This document shows positions 13,314-24,466 of a DNA stretch of 64,000 nucleotides, piece after piece (the first letter of the stretch is position 1; each line of letters starts with the position of its first letter). This DNA comes from Bispira polyomma (Eukaryota). The notes under the pieces are model-generated. The model saw nothing but the letters and a program-made list of their open reading frames with translations. It was not told the DNA's origin and did no database searches. Location of the stretch: NCBI GenBank assembly GCA_965649765.1, contig OZ287751.1:16120001-16184000 (forward strand), written 5' to 3'. A program made the translations under genes and the position numbers.

Positions 13314-14924
13314 GGTTGTCCCAATTATAGAGGTGCGTGCATTCTAGTACCCTCAGAGTTGAATATTGATGCATGGTGGGAAGTCCTTTAAGGGGATGGG
13401 GATAAACAACTTTGTGAATATCTCGAGTTCGGTTTTCATCTTGACATGCAAACTGAGGACTTTAATTTTAATAACAAAGTTGAAAACCATAGCAGTGCTT
13501 TAGAATTCCCCGAAAGTGTGGATAAGTATTTCATAACTGAACGTCTGCATAAAGTGTTAGCGGGACCTTTCAAAGAAAACCCTTATAAAAAACTGCATTG
13601 TTCTCCTGTCATGACCTGTCCTAATAATGATAATACCCGTCGCTTAATTGTTGATCTCCCGTGGCCACTTGATGGCACCTCAGAGAACAGTAGGGTCACA
13701 GATTGGGTATATGACAGTCAAAGCTTTGTTATCACCCTCCCGACTATTGACATGCTTGTAGAACGAATTAACCAGATTGGCCCTACTGCAAAAATATACA
13801 AGCTGGATCTTTCCTGCGCTTTCAGAAACCTTCGGATTGATCCAGGTGATTATAAGTACACAGGTTTACAGTGGGGTGACAGTACCTACATAGATCTTGC
13901 AGTAATGATGGGGTACAACCATGGTACGGCCATTTGTGAAAGGGTCACGGACAGTATGCGTCGCATTATGTCTAGAAAACAATTTAAAATTTGGAACTAC
14001 ATCAACAATCTGGTTGCCGTGGAAACCAGTGAAAGAACAACGGAATTATTTGATTGTTTATATAGCTTGATTAAGTATCTGGGCCTCCCCATTAACCCAA
14101 AGAAAGTATTTCCTTCCTCGGAAGAAGTCGTATGTATGCGAATTATGGTTAATGCTAAGACAGGTACCCTCACTATCCCGAAAGATAAATTGGAACAAAT
14201 TAAGCTTATGTGTAGACAATGGAAGGGCAAAACTCGGTACACGAAAAGGGAGTTGCAATCAATACTTGGTAAATTGTTGTATGTGCATTGTTGCGTGTCC
14301 CCCGCACGTTTGTTTTTAAACAGGATGTTGAGTTTATTGTGACAAACCTATCCCAGCAAAAACATTGTACTCACCAGAGGGTTCAAAGCGGATCTGAATT
14401 GGTTCAATGAATTCTTGGGTTCATTTAACAAAGTAGTTGAAATGCACTTGAGAAGTGAACTAATGCATGAACTTTACGTTGACACTTCTCTGGTTGGCAT
14501 TGGTGCTGTATGGAGTGAAAACATTTTTGCTGCTGCCCTCCCAGTTAGCAAACCCATGTGTCTTGGAATAGTACATTTTGAAATGTGGAATGTCCTAGTT
14601 GCACTACGTGTGTGGGGAAAAAGTTTCAGAAATTGTACAGTGAAAGTGTGGTGTGATAATGGGGCTGTGGTGGCTGGTTTAAACTCAAGTCGCTTTTATG
14701 ATCAGTACTTGGGGATTATGGCCCGTTCTATTTGGCTGGAGACAGCCAAGTATAATACCAAACTTGACGTTGTTCATATAGCGGGTGTTAAAAACATACA
14801 GGCTGATTATCTTTCAAGGATGTTAATACCTGGTCACAAAAATGTAAAAGTACATGAGGAAGTATCTAGAAAGAAATGGTGGGATGTCACTTGTGGACAT
14901 TTCATACTAAACACACAAATTTAA
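13314..14924 (+). pseudogene. E2 reverse transcriptase / RNase H
   Basis: RLIVDL, KLDLSCAFRNL, YINN (YIDD mutated), LQSILGKL, YVDTSL, CDNGAVV, HIAGVKNIQADYLSR. In-frame stops at ~13389 and 14340. Confidence 0.92.
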
Positions 14925-14936
14925 TTTCAATTTCAG

Positions 14937-15910
14937 ATTCTCCACTACGAAAACACCTCACCAATGCAGCCCTAGCTAGGTTAGAAAATGCTTTGACATC
15001 TAGGACAAAGCTAGCTTATAGCAACTGTATTAGGCCATTCTTGGCATTTGCCATTTTTCTTGGAGTGTCTGACATCTCATCCCTCCAGTTCATCTTGCAA
15101 TTTGTGGAGTATCTTGCTCAACAGGGGCTCAAAACCCCTTCAATTCAGAATTATTTAACCGCTGTAAAGCATTATTTCATGTTGTGGACCTTTCCAGTGG
15201 AAGTATTCTCTCACCCTCAAATTAGATTATTCTTTAGATCACTTTCACTGTCCATCCCTTACTCACCCAGATTAAAGGGCATTATAACTATTCCAATTCT
15301 TACAGCCATTGTGCAGCAGCTTACTGCATTTCCACATGCTTATGTATTTCAGGCATTGTTTCTCACTGCCTTTTTCAGGTTTTTCAGGATATCTAATTTA
15401 GTCCGTTCTAGTATCAGTCAATTTAATCCCCAGAGGCATCTCACCTGTGAGGATTTCGTGTGGGGCTCACCAGGAGTGCACATAGCATTAAGGTGGGCGA
15501 AAAATCTCTAAAAATACAACCAATATCATGTGATGTAGCTTCCTGTTCTGAAGAATAGTTTATTATGCCCTGTCAGGGCTCTACGATATACGTTTGCTAA
15601 GAATAAAAATAGTAATGAATCCCCAGTCTTTATGTATCAGAGTAATAGTAGATTTATCCCTGTTACAGCTTATAAGGCTAGGCAAGTTTTAAGAGAAATT
15701 ATTGTTTTATTGTCATTGAACCCTCAATCTTTTACTTTCTATTCATTTTGTTGCTCAGGGGCAACCTTGACATTTGACAATAATGTAGAATTGCAGACAA
15801 TCATGGCTCATGGCAGGTGGAGGTCATCTGCTGTATGGACATACCTCCAATCCACTGACAATGCAACTGCAATGGTTGCTACCTCCCCACAAAATAGTAT
15901 ATCACATTAA
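14937..15910 (+). pseudogene. E2 tyrosine recombinase
   Basis: FFRISNL (catalytic R), WAKN (K), YSFCCSG (decayed HSFRRSG), HGRWRSSAVWTY (catalytic Y). Two in-frame stops (15509, ~15536). Confidence 0.9.
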
Positions 15911-15925
15911 GTATTCAGTATGGCG

Positions 15926-16298
15926 TTTGGGCAAGTAATTAGTTATATGTTATAGTATTTTATTAATATGATATAAAATAGCTTGTTAACTACTCTACCT
16001 TTAATTCAAAAAGGTTACACTTAAGGTAACATTACCTCAACACTTTAAGGCAACCTTAACTTTAAAACCTTTGCTAAACTTAATCTCAGTTAAAGGTGAC
16101 CTTAACTTTGTGTAAACTTAATTTCAGTTAAGGGTGACCTTAACTTGTAAAAGTAATGAATTATTAAAGGTAAATTTAATTTATGGTGACCTTACCTTTT
16201 AGGGCCACCTTTGCTAAATATATGTAATTGATGTTTTAACTCACTAACCTTAAATATTAGCTGTTAGAGATGAGATATGTACATAATAAATGCCCAAA
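15926..16298 (+). other. E2 3' palindrome-array module bracketed by TTTGGGCA/TGCCCAAA
   Basis: TTAAGG-N3-CCTTAA-like units at 16021, 16045, 16089, 16127 and 16181; homologous to 20097-20431 and analogous to 29757-30067. Confidence 0.7.
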
Positions 16299-16479
16299 GT
16301 GCTATACATCTTGTTTTCACTTCAGTTCTTAATATCACTTTCCTGTGGTTAGGGCTGCTCTGTGGACTGGCGTCATTTTCATAAAGGTGAAGTCGATTTT
16401 GACGTTTCGTGATAATCTTTTACACATGATGCGGGGGCAAAAATCGAACACTTTCTTGGTAGGATATCACTACCTACTA

Positions 16480-16880
16480 CTATGTAAAACTATTGTACTG
16501 TTACTTACTGCTGCGTTCTGATGCATTATGATGGCCATTGAAATGTTCCACGACCAATACAGACAAGTGTAGACAATATCACTACTTTCTGCTACTTACT
16601 GCTACGTTATGCTATGTTATGCTACTTATACAGACGAGTGGAGACGTCCTTGAGGAACAGAGCTCGGCCTCGATTATTTCAAACAGTTTGAAGTAATCGT
16701 GGCAGTGGACCAAACAGAGATGTTTCCAGAACGATATCATCCGTTAGCAAACATCACAGAACGAACGCACCAGGGATCCTCACCTTTGCATTACCTTTTA
16801 CTACGTTTAAACTAGGTTTCAAAACAATTCAAAACATCACACACGTAGCTCTAGCACATGTAGATGTGACCAGGCTTTAA
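16480..16880. mobile_element. MITE-like fragment with central palindrome
   Basis: Near-palindrome gattatttcaaacagtttgaagtaatc (~16672-16698). The right end tgtgaccaggctttaa resembles other MITE ends in the window. Confidence 0.4.
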
Positions 16881-17264
16881 GGGGGGATTTTTAGAAGGTG
16901 AGGGGGGATATACATGGCATAACAGTCTATTCGTGGCGTAACCTCCTGCAACGAAGGGTCCCAGACGCACGTCTGAATGAGAACAGACCTTTGGGTTTAT
17001 ATACTAGAGATATGTTATATTAACTGATGATACTTTTTTTAGTAGAGTGTCCTAATGACCACACATGTGACCAAGCTGAAGTTGATATGTTTACCTGGAT
17101 AAAGCCAATTTGACAACATCTCCTACGTGTTGTTTTTTAAAACCTATTCATTTGACCAAATTGGATAAAACTAATCTGATATAAATTCTACAAGTTCAGC
17201 CCCTTAAATAGAAAGTAAAAATACCTTCCATAGCTTAACAATAAAAGAGCCGGAGTGAATTGAT

Positions 17265-18310
17265 GAACTTGAGTTATAGTGCAGTAGGGCTTTTAGTCCA
17301 AGTTATGTTTGAACAAACCAAAAGAACTACCTTGGAAATGTGGGTTTATGTGTCTTTTTATATTTGACTGTTAAACTCTTGCACAAAACAGCAATTAAAT
17401 GTGGAGGGGGGGGGGGGGGGTGTAGTGAGTGATAAGATGTCACTGAACTCATTAGTAACTGTTTATCCTGCTGCAGGATGCAGAAGCATTGATATTGTGG
17501 AAGTATTATGCCCATGGAGTAAGCATTGCAAATGTAATGTCTTTCACAAGGCAAATCAACAGGAACACAATGTATTTAGTTGCTAGAGGCCTTTGTTATT
17601 GATATCATACTTTTAAAGGTCAAACTAAAGCCCACAATGTAACATCCATAAGATATTTTTTAAAAACCAGCAATTGGCTTTAACTGAAATACAGGCACAA
17701 ATATTAATTTGGATCACTAGAATATGACCATCCTGCTCTAGTGGGTTCCACCAAGACCTGGCAATATAGAGGTGCAATACCAGAAAGAAACCCACACAGT
17801 TGTACATAGTGCTACTTCTGCAGTCTGGCCCATGTGTAATGATAGATCTGAGACCTTTGTATATAGATTTGTGACATTCGTTACATCCTCAAAACCCTGT
17901 CTATAGAAAGACTGAATTTGAATTTATTTGATAGTTTACTTCTTCCTCAACATCTTTGGTTATATTGAGATTGCCAGATTTATTGGGGGAGGAAACCAAT
18001 ACTATATTTTACTTGAAACTACCAAGGAATTGGGTAAATGTTAAGGACTATAATTTTAAATATTCTGTTATCTTAAGACTGTAATTATCTTGGAATGTTT
18101 ATAATATTTGATGATCGTATTATGTCATTGAGTCAATAAAATATCTTACTTCAAAACCTATTAGTTCCTAAAATCCTGATGGGAAGCCATTGTCTGACAC
18201 TGGGTTATATGTTACTTTTGGGCTAGTATATAGGGGACATATATCGCATAAATGGGGTCAATCCTAAGGCCTAGCATTACTACCATTATATAAGCAATTT
18301 CTACATTACT
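17265..18310. repeat. Third copy of the sequence duplicated at 21.6-24.4 kb
   Basis: 17265-17900 aligns directly with 21600-22180; 18180-18300 is the reverse complement of 22985-23115. Confidence 0.75.
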
Positions 18311-18543
18311 TTATAACAGTCCTGGGGATTAAATGTGACTATACACCAGTGATGGGACATTACAGATGTTTAGTGTGACAGATAAGTTGTTCGTCGGAGA
18401 GGTCATGCAATGTCAAAGAATAGTTTTTATGTCCTTTGATTAAGCCAAGTAATTGTTACTGTTGTTTGTTGACTTCCACGGGGGGGGGGGGGGGGGGGTA
18501 TTCATGCAGCAGGTAATAAATGGTTCATGTCTCACTGAGAGAA

Positions 18544-18583
18544 GGGGCCGCGGTGGCCTAGTGGTTAGCAAGCACTGCGCTTG
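18544..18583 (+). mobile_element. 5'-only (tailless) copy of a tRNA-derived SINE head with 12-bp TSD
   Basis: ggggccgcggtggcctagtggttagcaagcactgcgcttg flanked by tcactgagagaa at 18532-18543 and 18584-18595. Confidence 0.75.
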
Positions 18584-19152
18584 TCACTGAGAGAAACGCT
18601 TACTAAGAGCAACAAATTGAATCATTCACATTGAGTAGTATATATTAAAAATAAATTCTTCCAAATCATAAAAATGATCTACCTAGACGTTAGATACATA
18701 TAATGAGAATACCAGATATACTATAAATAATCATATTAAGCAAAAAAAAACATAACACCTTTATAGAGTTTCAATTGAAAAAATTGAGGAATAAAATGGT
18801 TTTTGTCAGATAAACTAATATTTTACACTAGTTAGTCAAGATCTATCCAACATTTAGTAATGATCTTTAAAGTCTGGTGGGTTCTTATGTTTTATGTCTT
18901 TCTGACTCTCATGGTAAGTCTGATCAATCAGCAGTTCAGGTAAAGGAAAAGACGAGACAAAGATCGTGTTTTAATATTATTTAAAAAAAAACAAAAACCA
19001 AGACACATACAAAAGTGCTAACAATCACTCCAATCTGTGTGTATCCACAATCTGAAATAATTATATCTTTAGGGAGAAGTGATACAGCAAATCTAACATA
19101 ATAGAGAAAATAATTGTAATAGTGTATACTTGCATGTTGATAACAGTATGGT

Positions 19153-19411
19153 CTTTTGAGTAAGTGCCTCCACCATAACAACATCAAATTCATTCTCCAG
19201 GCTGTCGACGTTGATCTTTGATGGTGTATCCAAACTTCTTTTGATATTTAGGATTGTCTATCATCAGGATTTTTTGGACGGTTTCTTCATCACCAAGAGT
19301 AAGTGCTTTTTGGTGAAAATCACGCTGTTCAACACAATTGTATTTCCATTTTTCAATCTCTATTTAGCATTTATAATGGTTTAATAATGGGCTGTCCCTA
19401 GTGAAAAAACC
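19153..19411 (-). pseudogene. Decayed NADAR (YbiA-like) domain
   Basis: GFFTRDSPLLNHYKC*IEIEKWKYNCVEQRDFHQKALTLGDEETVQKILMIDNPKYQKKFGYTIK / frameshift / INVDSLENEFDVVMVEALTQK fits the NADAR pattern FF..S.LSN.Y..Y..VEQY..QKA..GD...I...P...K.LG..VM..L..KF. Confidence 0.75.
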
Positions 19412-19527
19412 TTATACTCTGTTTGATGACGTGGCAACATCTTCTGGTCTGAAATGCAAGGGCAATTTGTCTGTGCTTGCTGTTGTTATAACCACCCCAT
19501 TGTATATTAGGCCATATGCCAAATATT

Positions 19528-19660
19528 ACCAAATTTGTTATTACTTTTGCCAGTATTATTGAGAGGGCTTTTGTCAGTATTATATAATCGGTCCACAGCA
19601 GCATGACAGGTCTCCATGACAATAGGTGTCTCAGTTCTTTATCCTTCTTTGGAATTAGTT
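19528..19660 (-). mobile_element. L1/Tx1-clade LINE RT fragment
   Basis: LIPKKDKELRHLLSWRPVMLLWTDYIILTKALSIILAKVITNLV matches the IPKK.K......WRPISLLN.DYKIL.K motif. Confidence 0.8.
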
Positions 19661-19869
19661 TTATCTAACCAAACTGTTGACTTATAGGAAGTTTCCATAT
19701 TCGCAAAGAGTACACAAAACTGTTCAACAGGGGTTGTTGTAGCTCTGTCTAAAAAGGTTGTAAACATGTGTTGTGAAACCATTTAGACCTGGTGATTTGT
19801 CATTTTTGAGTTTGATGTATTATATTTACATTAGGTGAGATTTATCTACCTGCATCATATATACTCTTC

Positions 19870-20045
19870 CCAAGATTCCAAAACGCTGTCCGTTGTATTG
19901 TGTCCGAACTTGACACTTGAGCCATATCTCACTATATTTAAACAAACTCCACTGGCTACCTGTTGAAGAGCGTATTTTTTAAAATACAATCTTTTTGTGT
20001 TCAACGCTATCAAACTCCAGTCAACAGGGCAAGCCCCAGAGCAAG
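19870..20045 (+). mobile_element. L2-clade LINE ORF2 fragment
   Basis: QNAVR..HISLYLNKLHWLPVEERI..GQAP. Confidence 0.7.
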
Positions 20046-20049
20046 GCAA

Positions 20050-21150
20050 AAAGTGATATGAATAACACAGTAATAACAACACCAGTATAATAGTCATTGG
20101 GCATTTAATAAATGTCTAATCTAACATTAAGTATTAGTGTGTTATACATTTACTAACTATTTACACTATGAAGAAGGATGACCCCAAGTCTTAAGTTAAG
20201 GTCACCCCATTTAATTTAAGTTAACCTTAACTATAAATAAGATGGGCGACTTAAGGTCACCTTAAGTAAAGGTTCTTTTACTTTAAGTTTAAACTTAAAC
20301 AAAGGTTAACTTAAATATTTTAGTTTAAGGTTACCTTAATGTAACCCATTCAAGTTTAAAGTTTACAATTAACTTTAAGTATGCAATATATATTAATAAC
20401 TGTAGTTGAAATATATATATTAAATTGCCCATTAAAAGCACTAATAAACATAAAAGAATTATGATAATAATCAGACAACAAGATAATAAAAGAGGCTTAT
20501 TAAAACAACTTAAAAGAGAGCAGAGACGAAAACGTCATGTAAAGATTTGTCAAATACATAGTACAAGCAGTGTTACTGGGATACGTTACATATATACTAA
20601 AATCATTAAAATATTTGTCACTGGAGTAGATAACTTCAATGCCCCGAGACCCGGAACTGTGTCTCCCCTTAACTCTTAACATGAAATAGCTCACTCAACC
20701 TTGAGGCGTGTCTTTGCACAGGTCAACAAGTAATATCCATTACTTGTAAGTGTTCATTTAGTATTGCTTATATGTGAACTCCAGGTTTTAACACTGCAAA
20801 CTCCATGAGTGCCACGTATGTCCCTTGGGTCGTTGTTAAATGGCATCAGTCTCTCTCTTTTGTCTCTCTACGTCAGATTCCCTCAAAATATACACAAAGT
20901 TTCATAATTTGAGATACATGCAATATTGCAATATACACATACATATTATTTAACTTAACATTACAGGGTGAGGAGGGTGGGCTTTGAAGGAATGCTCTCA
21001 GCAAACACTTATTGACAACTGAGGTTGGGGCGCTCCACTGCTGGTTTTCCCGCCCATACTTCTTGACACTTGAACAGTGAGTGGGGGAGTCCATTATCAA
21101 GCCTAGGGAAAGAAGTGGGGGGTTTAGGTTTAAGTGGATTTAAATGTGGC
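20050..21150 (-). mobile_element. ORF-less deletion derivative of an E2-like YR element
   Basis: Reverse complement of 21130-20990 aligns with the E2 5' region (ctaaa..ccc..ctag..aatggact..ccca..tgtca..aagtgtttgctg). Reverse complement of 20431-20050 aligns with the E2 3' module through taaatgcccaa..atatcacttt. Confidence 0.65.
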
Positions 21151-21619
21151 AGCCATTTCTGACTGACATCAAGTGCTGGCGCCCCTTGTACACAACCAAC
21201 CTCTTCATCTGTCTTCACTTATTAGGTCTATTAGTCTTACTCGGTAAATCGCCTCTCCCTTTCCTCAAACTGAACAAATAAGAAAATTCTGTTAAATGGA
21301 ACAAGTTTCCAGAGACTGTGAGATCACATGATACAATCACTGGTTTCATAAACCAGTTTATAACATAACTTTTTAGACTGGCCTAAAACCTGTTTTATAC
21401 CTTCTATGTTTTTTTGTAACGCCATTTTGCTTGGCCGTTGGATTTTTGCTTTAGGGATATCAGCACCTTAGAGGGTGTTTTCATCAATTTGACATCTTAT
21501 TAATGCTTCAATTATTAAATAATGTGATAAGAATGCACCGATATCAATTCAAAAGTGAAATTTATTCTTTGATGACGATATTGTTTAAACAATTGGATTC
21601 AGTTGATAGAGTTACAACG

Positions 21620-24357
21620 CAGAAGGGCTTTTAGTTTGAATTAAGTTTGAAACCAAAAAATAACTATCTTGGAGATGAAGGGTCGGTTAGAAGTAGGCTT
21701 TTATATTTCATTTTTATATTTCCACACATTAAGTGAATAAATGGGATGTTGTGGGCAGGTAGTGAGAAGATGCATATCACTGATGTCATTACACGACAGA
21801 CTACTTTCTGCCTATCCTGTCACAGGATGCAAAAGCATTGATATTGTGGAAATGTTATGCCTATTAATTGGGCATTACAAATGTACTCTCTTTCAAAAGG
21901 CAAATCAACAGGAACACAAGGTATTTAGTTACTGGAGGCCTTTGTCATTGATATCATACTTTTAAAGGTCAAACTAAAGCCTACATTGTAATATCCATGA
22001 GATATTTTCTATAAAACACAGTCGGGTGGCATCAAGTCAAATACAGGCTCAAATGTAAATTTGGATCATTACAATGGGCACAGTCATGGTCCAAATGGTT
22101 ACACATAGAACTGGGAACATAGAAGATACGATCAAATAACCTTGTACATATAGGCTATTGTTGTATCCTCAAACCCGTCTTTACGTAGAAGAATAACAAT
22201 TTACTGGTACTTCGTTGGTTGGTAATTGTACCGTCAAGTAAAAACTAAAAGCACTTAAAATCTAACAAAAGGAGGTACTGCACTTTGGGTGTCCTATAAA
22301 TGCAATAGAATATCAATTTTACATGTATCTCTTTTTAAGTTTAACCTTAGAACGCACAGTATTAAATCATGGCCCCTTTGAGACATGTTAAAGTTCACTT
22401 GTTTTTTTCACAAAGTAGTAAGAATACAACATTCTTGGTTAAACATCAAGCTCTGTAATTACACACTTTCTGTTATCTGCAGATTGCCATCCTTTTGGAA
22501 TCATTGCAATATTTAACACTCATGTTCCTCTATTGAGCCAATAAAATATGTTACTACAAAACCCTAAGAAAAAATCATTTACAAGCTTTGCCGAGGCGTA
22601 GACATATGCGTACATAACTTATGCATTATATGCTAGGTGAGGGTTATTAATTGAGCAAAACAAATTACGGTATGCTATATAATTGTATGATATTTAATGT
22701 GTATGAATCTAGTTATTTTACTTTAAGTGAGAGTTTCTCTTTATTAAACCATTTATCGCCTACTGTATGATACCCCAGCCACCCCCCCCCCCCCCCCCCC
22801 CACCACCACCACCACCACCAAGTGAACAAACAACAACAACAAATACTTGGCCTGTCAAATAAAAGTTATTCTTTGACATTGCATGACTGATCCAACTATC
22901 CACTTATCTGTCACAATAAAGAAACTCTAATGTCCAATCATGGGTGTAGAGTCACGTTTCCACCGCAAGACAGTCATAAACCAATGTAGATATTGCTTAT
23001 ATAATGGCAGTAATGCTAGGCCTTGGGATTGACCCTCTTTTATATGATATATGTCCCCTGTATGCTTGCCCAACAGTAATATATAACCCAGTGTCAGACA
23101 ATGATTTTTCCACCAGGCCTTAGATTTTTAGAACTGGTATTTGTAAACATGATGTTTTCTTTGGGTTTTGCAGTAACATATTTTATTGGCTGAATGAAGG
23201 AATATGAGTGTTAAATATTACAATAATTTCAAGAAGATGGCAATCTGCAGATAACAGAAAGTGTGTAATTACAGAGCTTGTTGTTTACTCAAGAATGTTA
23301 TATTCTTACTACTTTGTGAAAAACAGGTACACTTTAACATGTCTCAAAGGGGCCATGATATCTAAGTGGTTATGAACATCTGCTTTAATATTACTACCTT
23401 CTTACCTCTGAGGATAGTGTCTTTGACTCACATTGTTTAATTCATATGTGAAGCTTTGCCAGGTGTTTGTCATAGGTTGGTAGTTGTTATGTATTTAGGA
23501 ACACAAAAAAACTTCAAGTAAATAAATGTAACAAAATTTGATGGAAATGTATAGAAATGTATAGATGTATACTATGTATTCTAAGGTTAAATTTAGGACA
23601 GGATTTATGTCAAATTTACATCCTATTGCATTTATAGGACAGATAAATTTACATTCTATTGCATTTATAGGACAGTTAAATTTACATTCCATTGCATTTT
23701 TGGACAGTTAAATTTACATTCTATTGCATTTACAGGACAGTTAAATTTACATTCTATTGCATTTGTACGACACCCGATTTGCAGTGCCTCCTTTTGTTAG
23801 ATTGCACGTACTATAAATTTTTACTTAAATGCACAATGAACAGCCACCGAAGTACCAGTAAACTGTTATTCCTCTGCATTATGAAAGGGGTTTGAGGATA
23901 CATCGAATGCCAATGTGTTTCTGGAATAGCACCCACATCTTCTATGTTCCCAGTTCTATGTGTAACCCCCCTAAACCATAATGGTGCCTGTTGTAATAAC
24001 CCAAATTTACATTTTTACACAAAGGCCTCTGGTAACTGAATGCCTGGTGTTCCTGTTGATTTGCCTTGTGAAAGACAGTACATTTGCAATACCCAATTAA
24101 TAGGCATAACATTTCAACAATATCAATGTATTTGCATCCTGTGACAGGATAGGCAGAAAGTAGTCTGTCCTGTAATGAGATCAGTGATAAGTTTCTACTC
24201 ATTACCTGCCCACTCCCTCTTCATCCCATTAAATTACTGTTTTGTGCAAATATACAAAATAAGAAATATAAAAGTATAAACTGTTTTTAACAAACACATT
24301 GCCTCCAAAAAGGTGGTGTTTTGGTTTCAAACTTAAGTCGACCTAAAAGCCTTTTTG
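21620..24357. repeat. Large imperfect inverted duplication (arms ~21620-22572 and ~23155-24357, spacer ~580 bp)
   Basis: For example, 22365-22572 is the reverse complement of 23155-23359, and 21740-21945 is the reverse complement of 24020-24230. Confidence 0.8.
23612..23770. repeat. ~4.5 x 33-bp tandem repeat
   Basis: Unit tttataggacagttaaatttacattctattgca; single copy in the opposite arm (~22290-22322). Confidence 0.85.
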
Positions 24358-24466
24358 TATTGTTGGGGTTAAACCCCACCAGACTTGCGTTTGAGTAGGC
24401 CTATGCAATGAGAGGTTTGAAAGTAAACTACAACACATAAACTCACTCACTAAATCACCTTGTTTT

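Larger units (their letters stand above)
11760..16340 (+). mobile_element. Ngaro/DIRS-like YR retrotransposon E2 (decayed; gag N-terminus deleted)
   Basis: Order is gag finger - RT - RNase H - YR. No methyltransferase domain follows RNase H, favouring Ngaro over DIRS1. TATA-like TATATAAA at ~11862; AATAAA at 16285. Confidence 0.9.

Noticed and set aside
16021-16200. Palindromes as classical lox/att crossover sites
   Set aside because: Arms of 6-9 bp with 0-3 nt spacers do not fit the usual 11-13 bp arms and 6-8 bp spacer; kept only as possible binding sites.
15926-16298. Ngaro ORF4 (SGNH hydrolase) or DIRS1 methyltransferase domain
   Set aside because: No open frame or recognisable motif after YR; pol ends shortly after RNase H in both E2 and E3.
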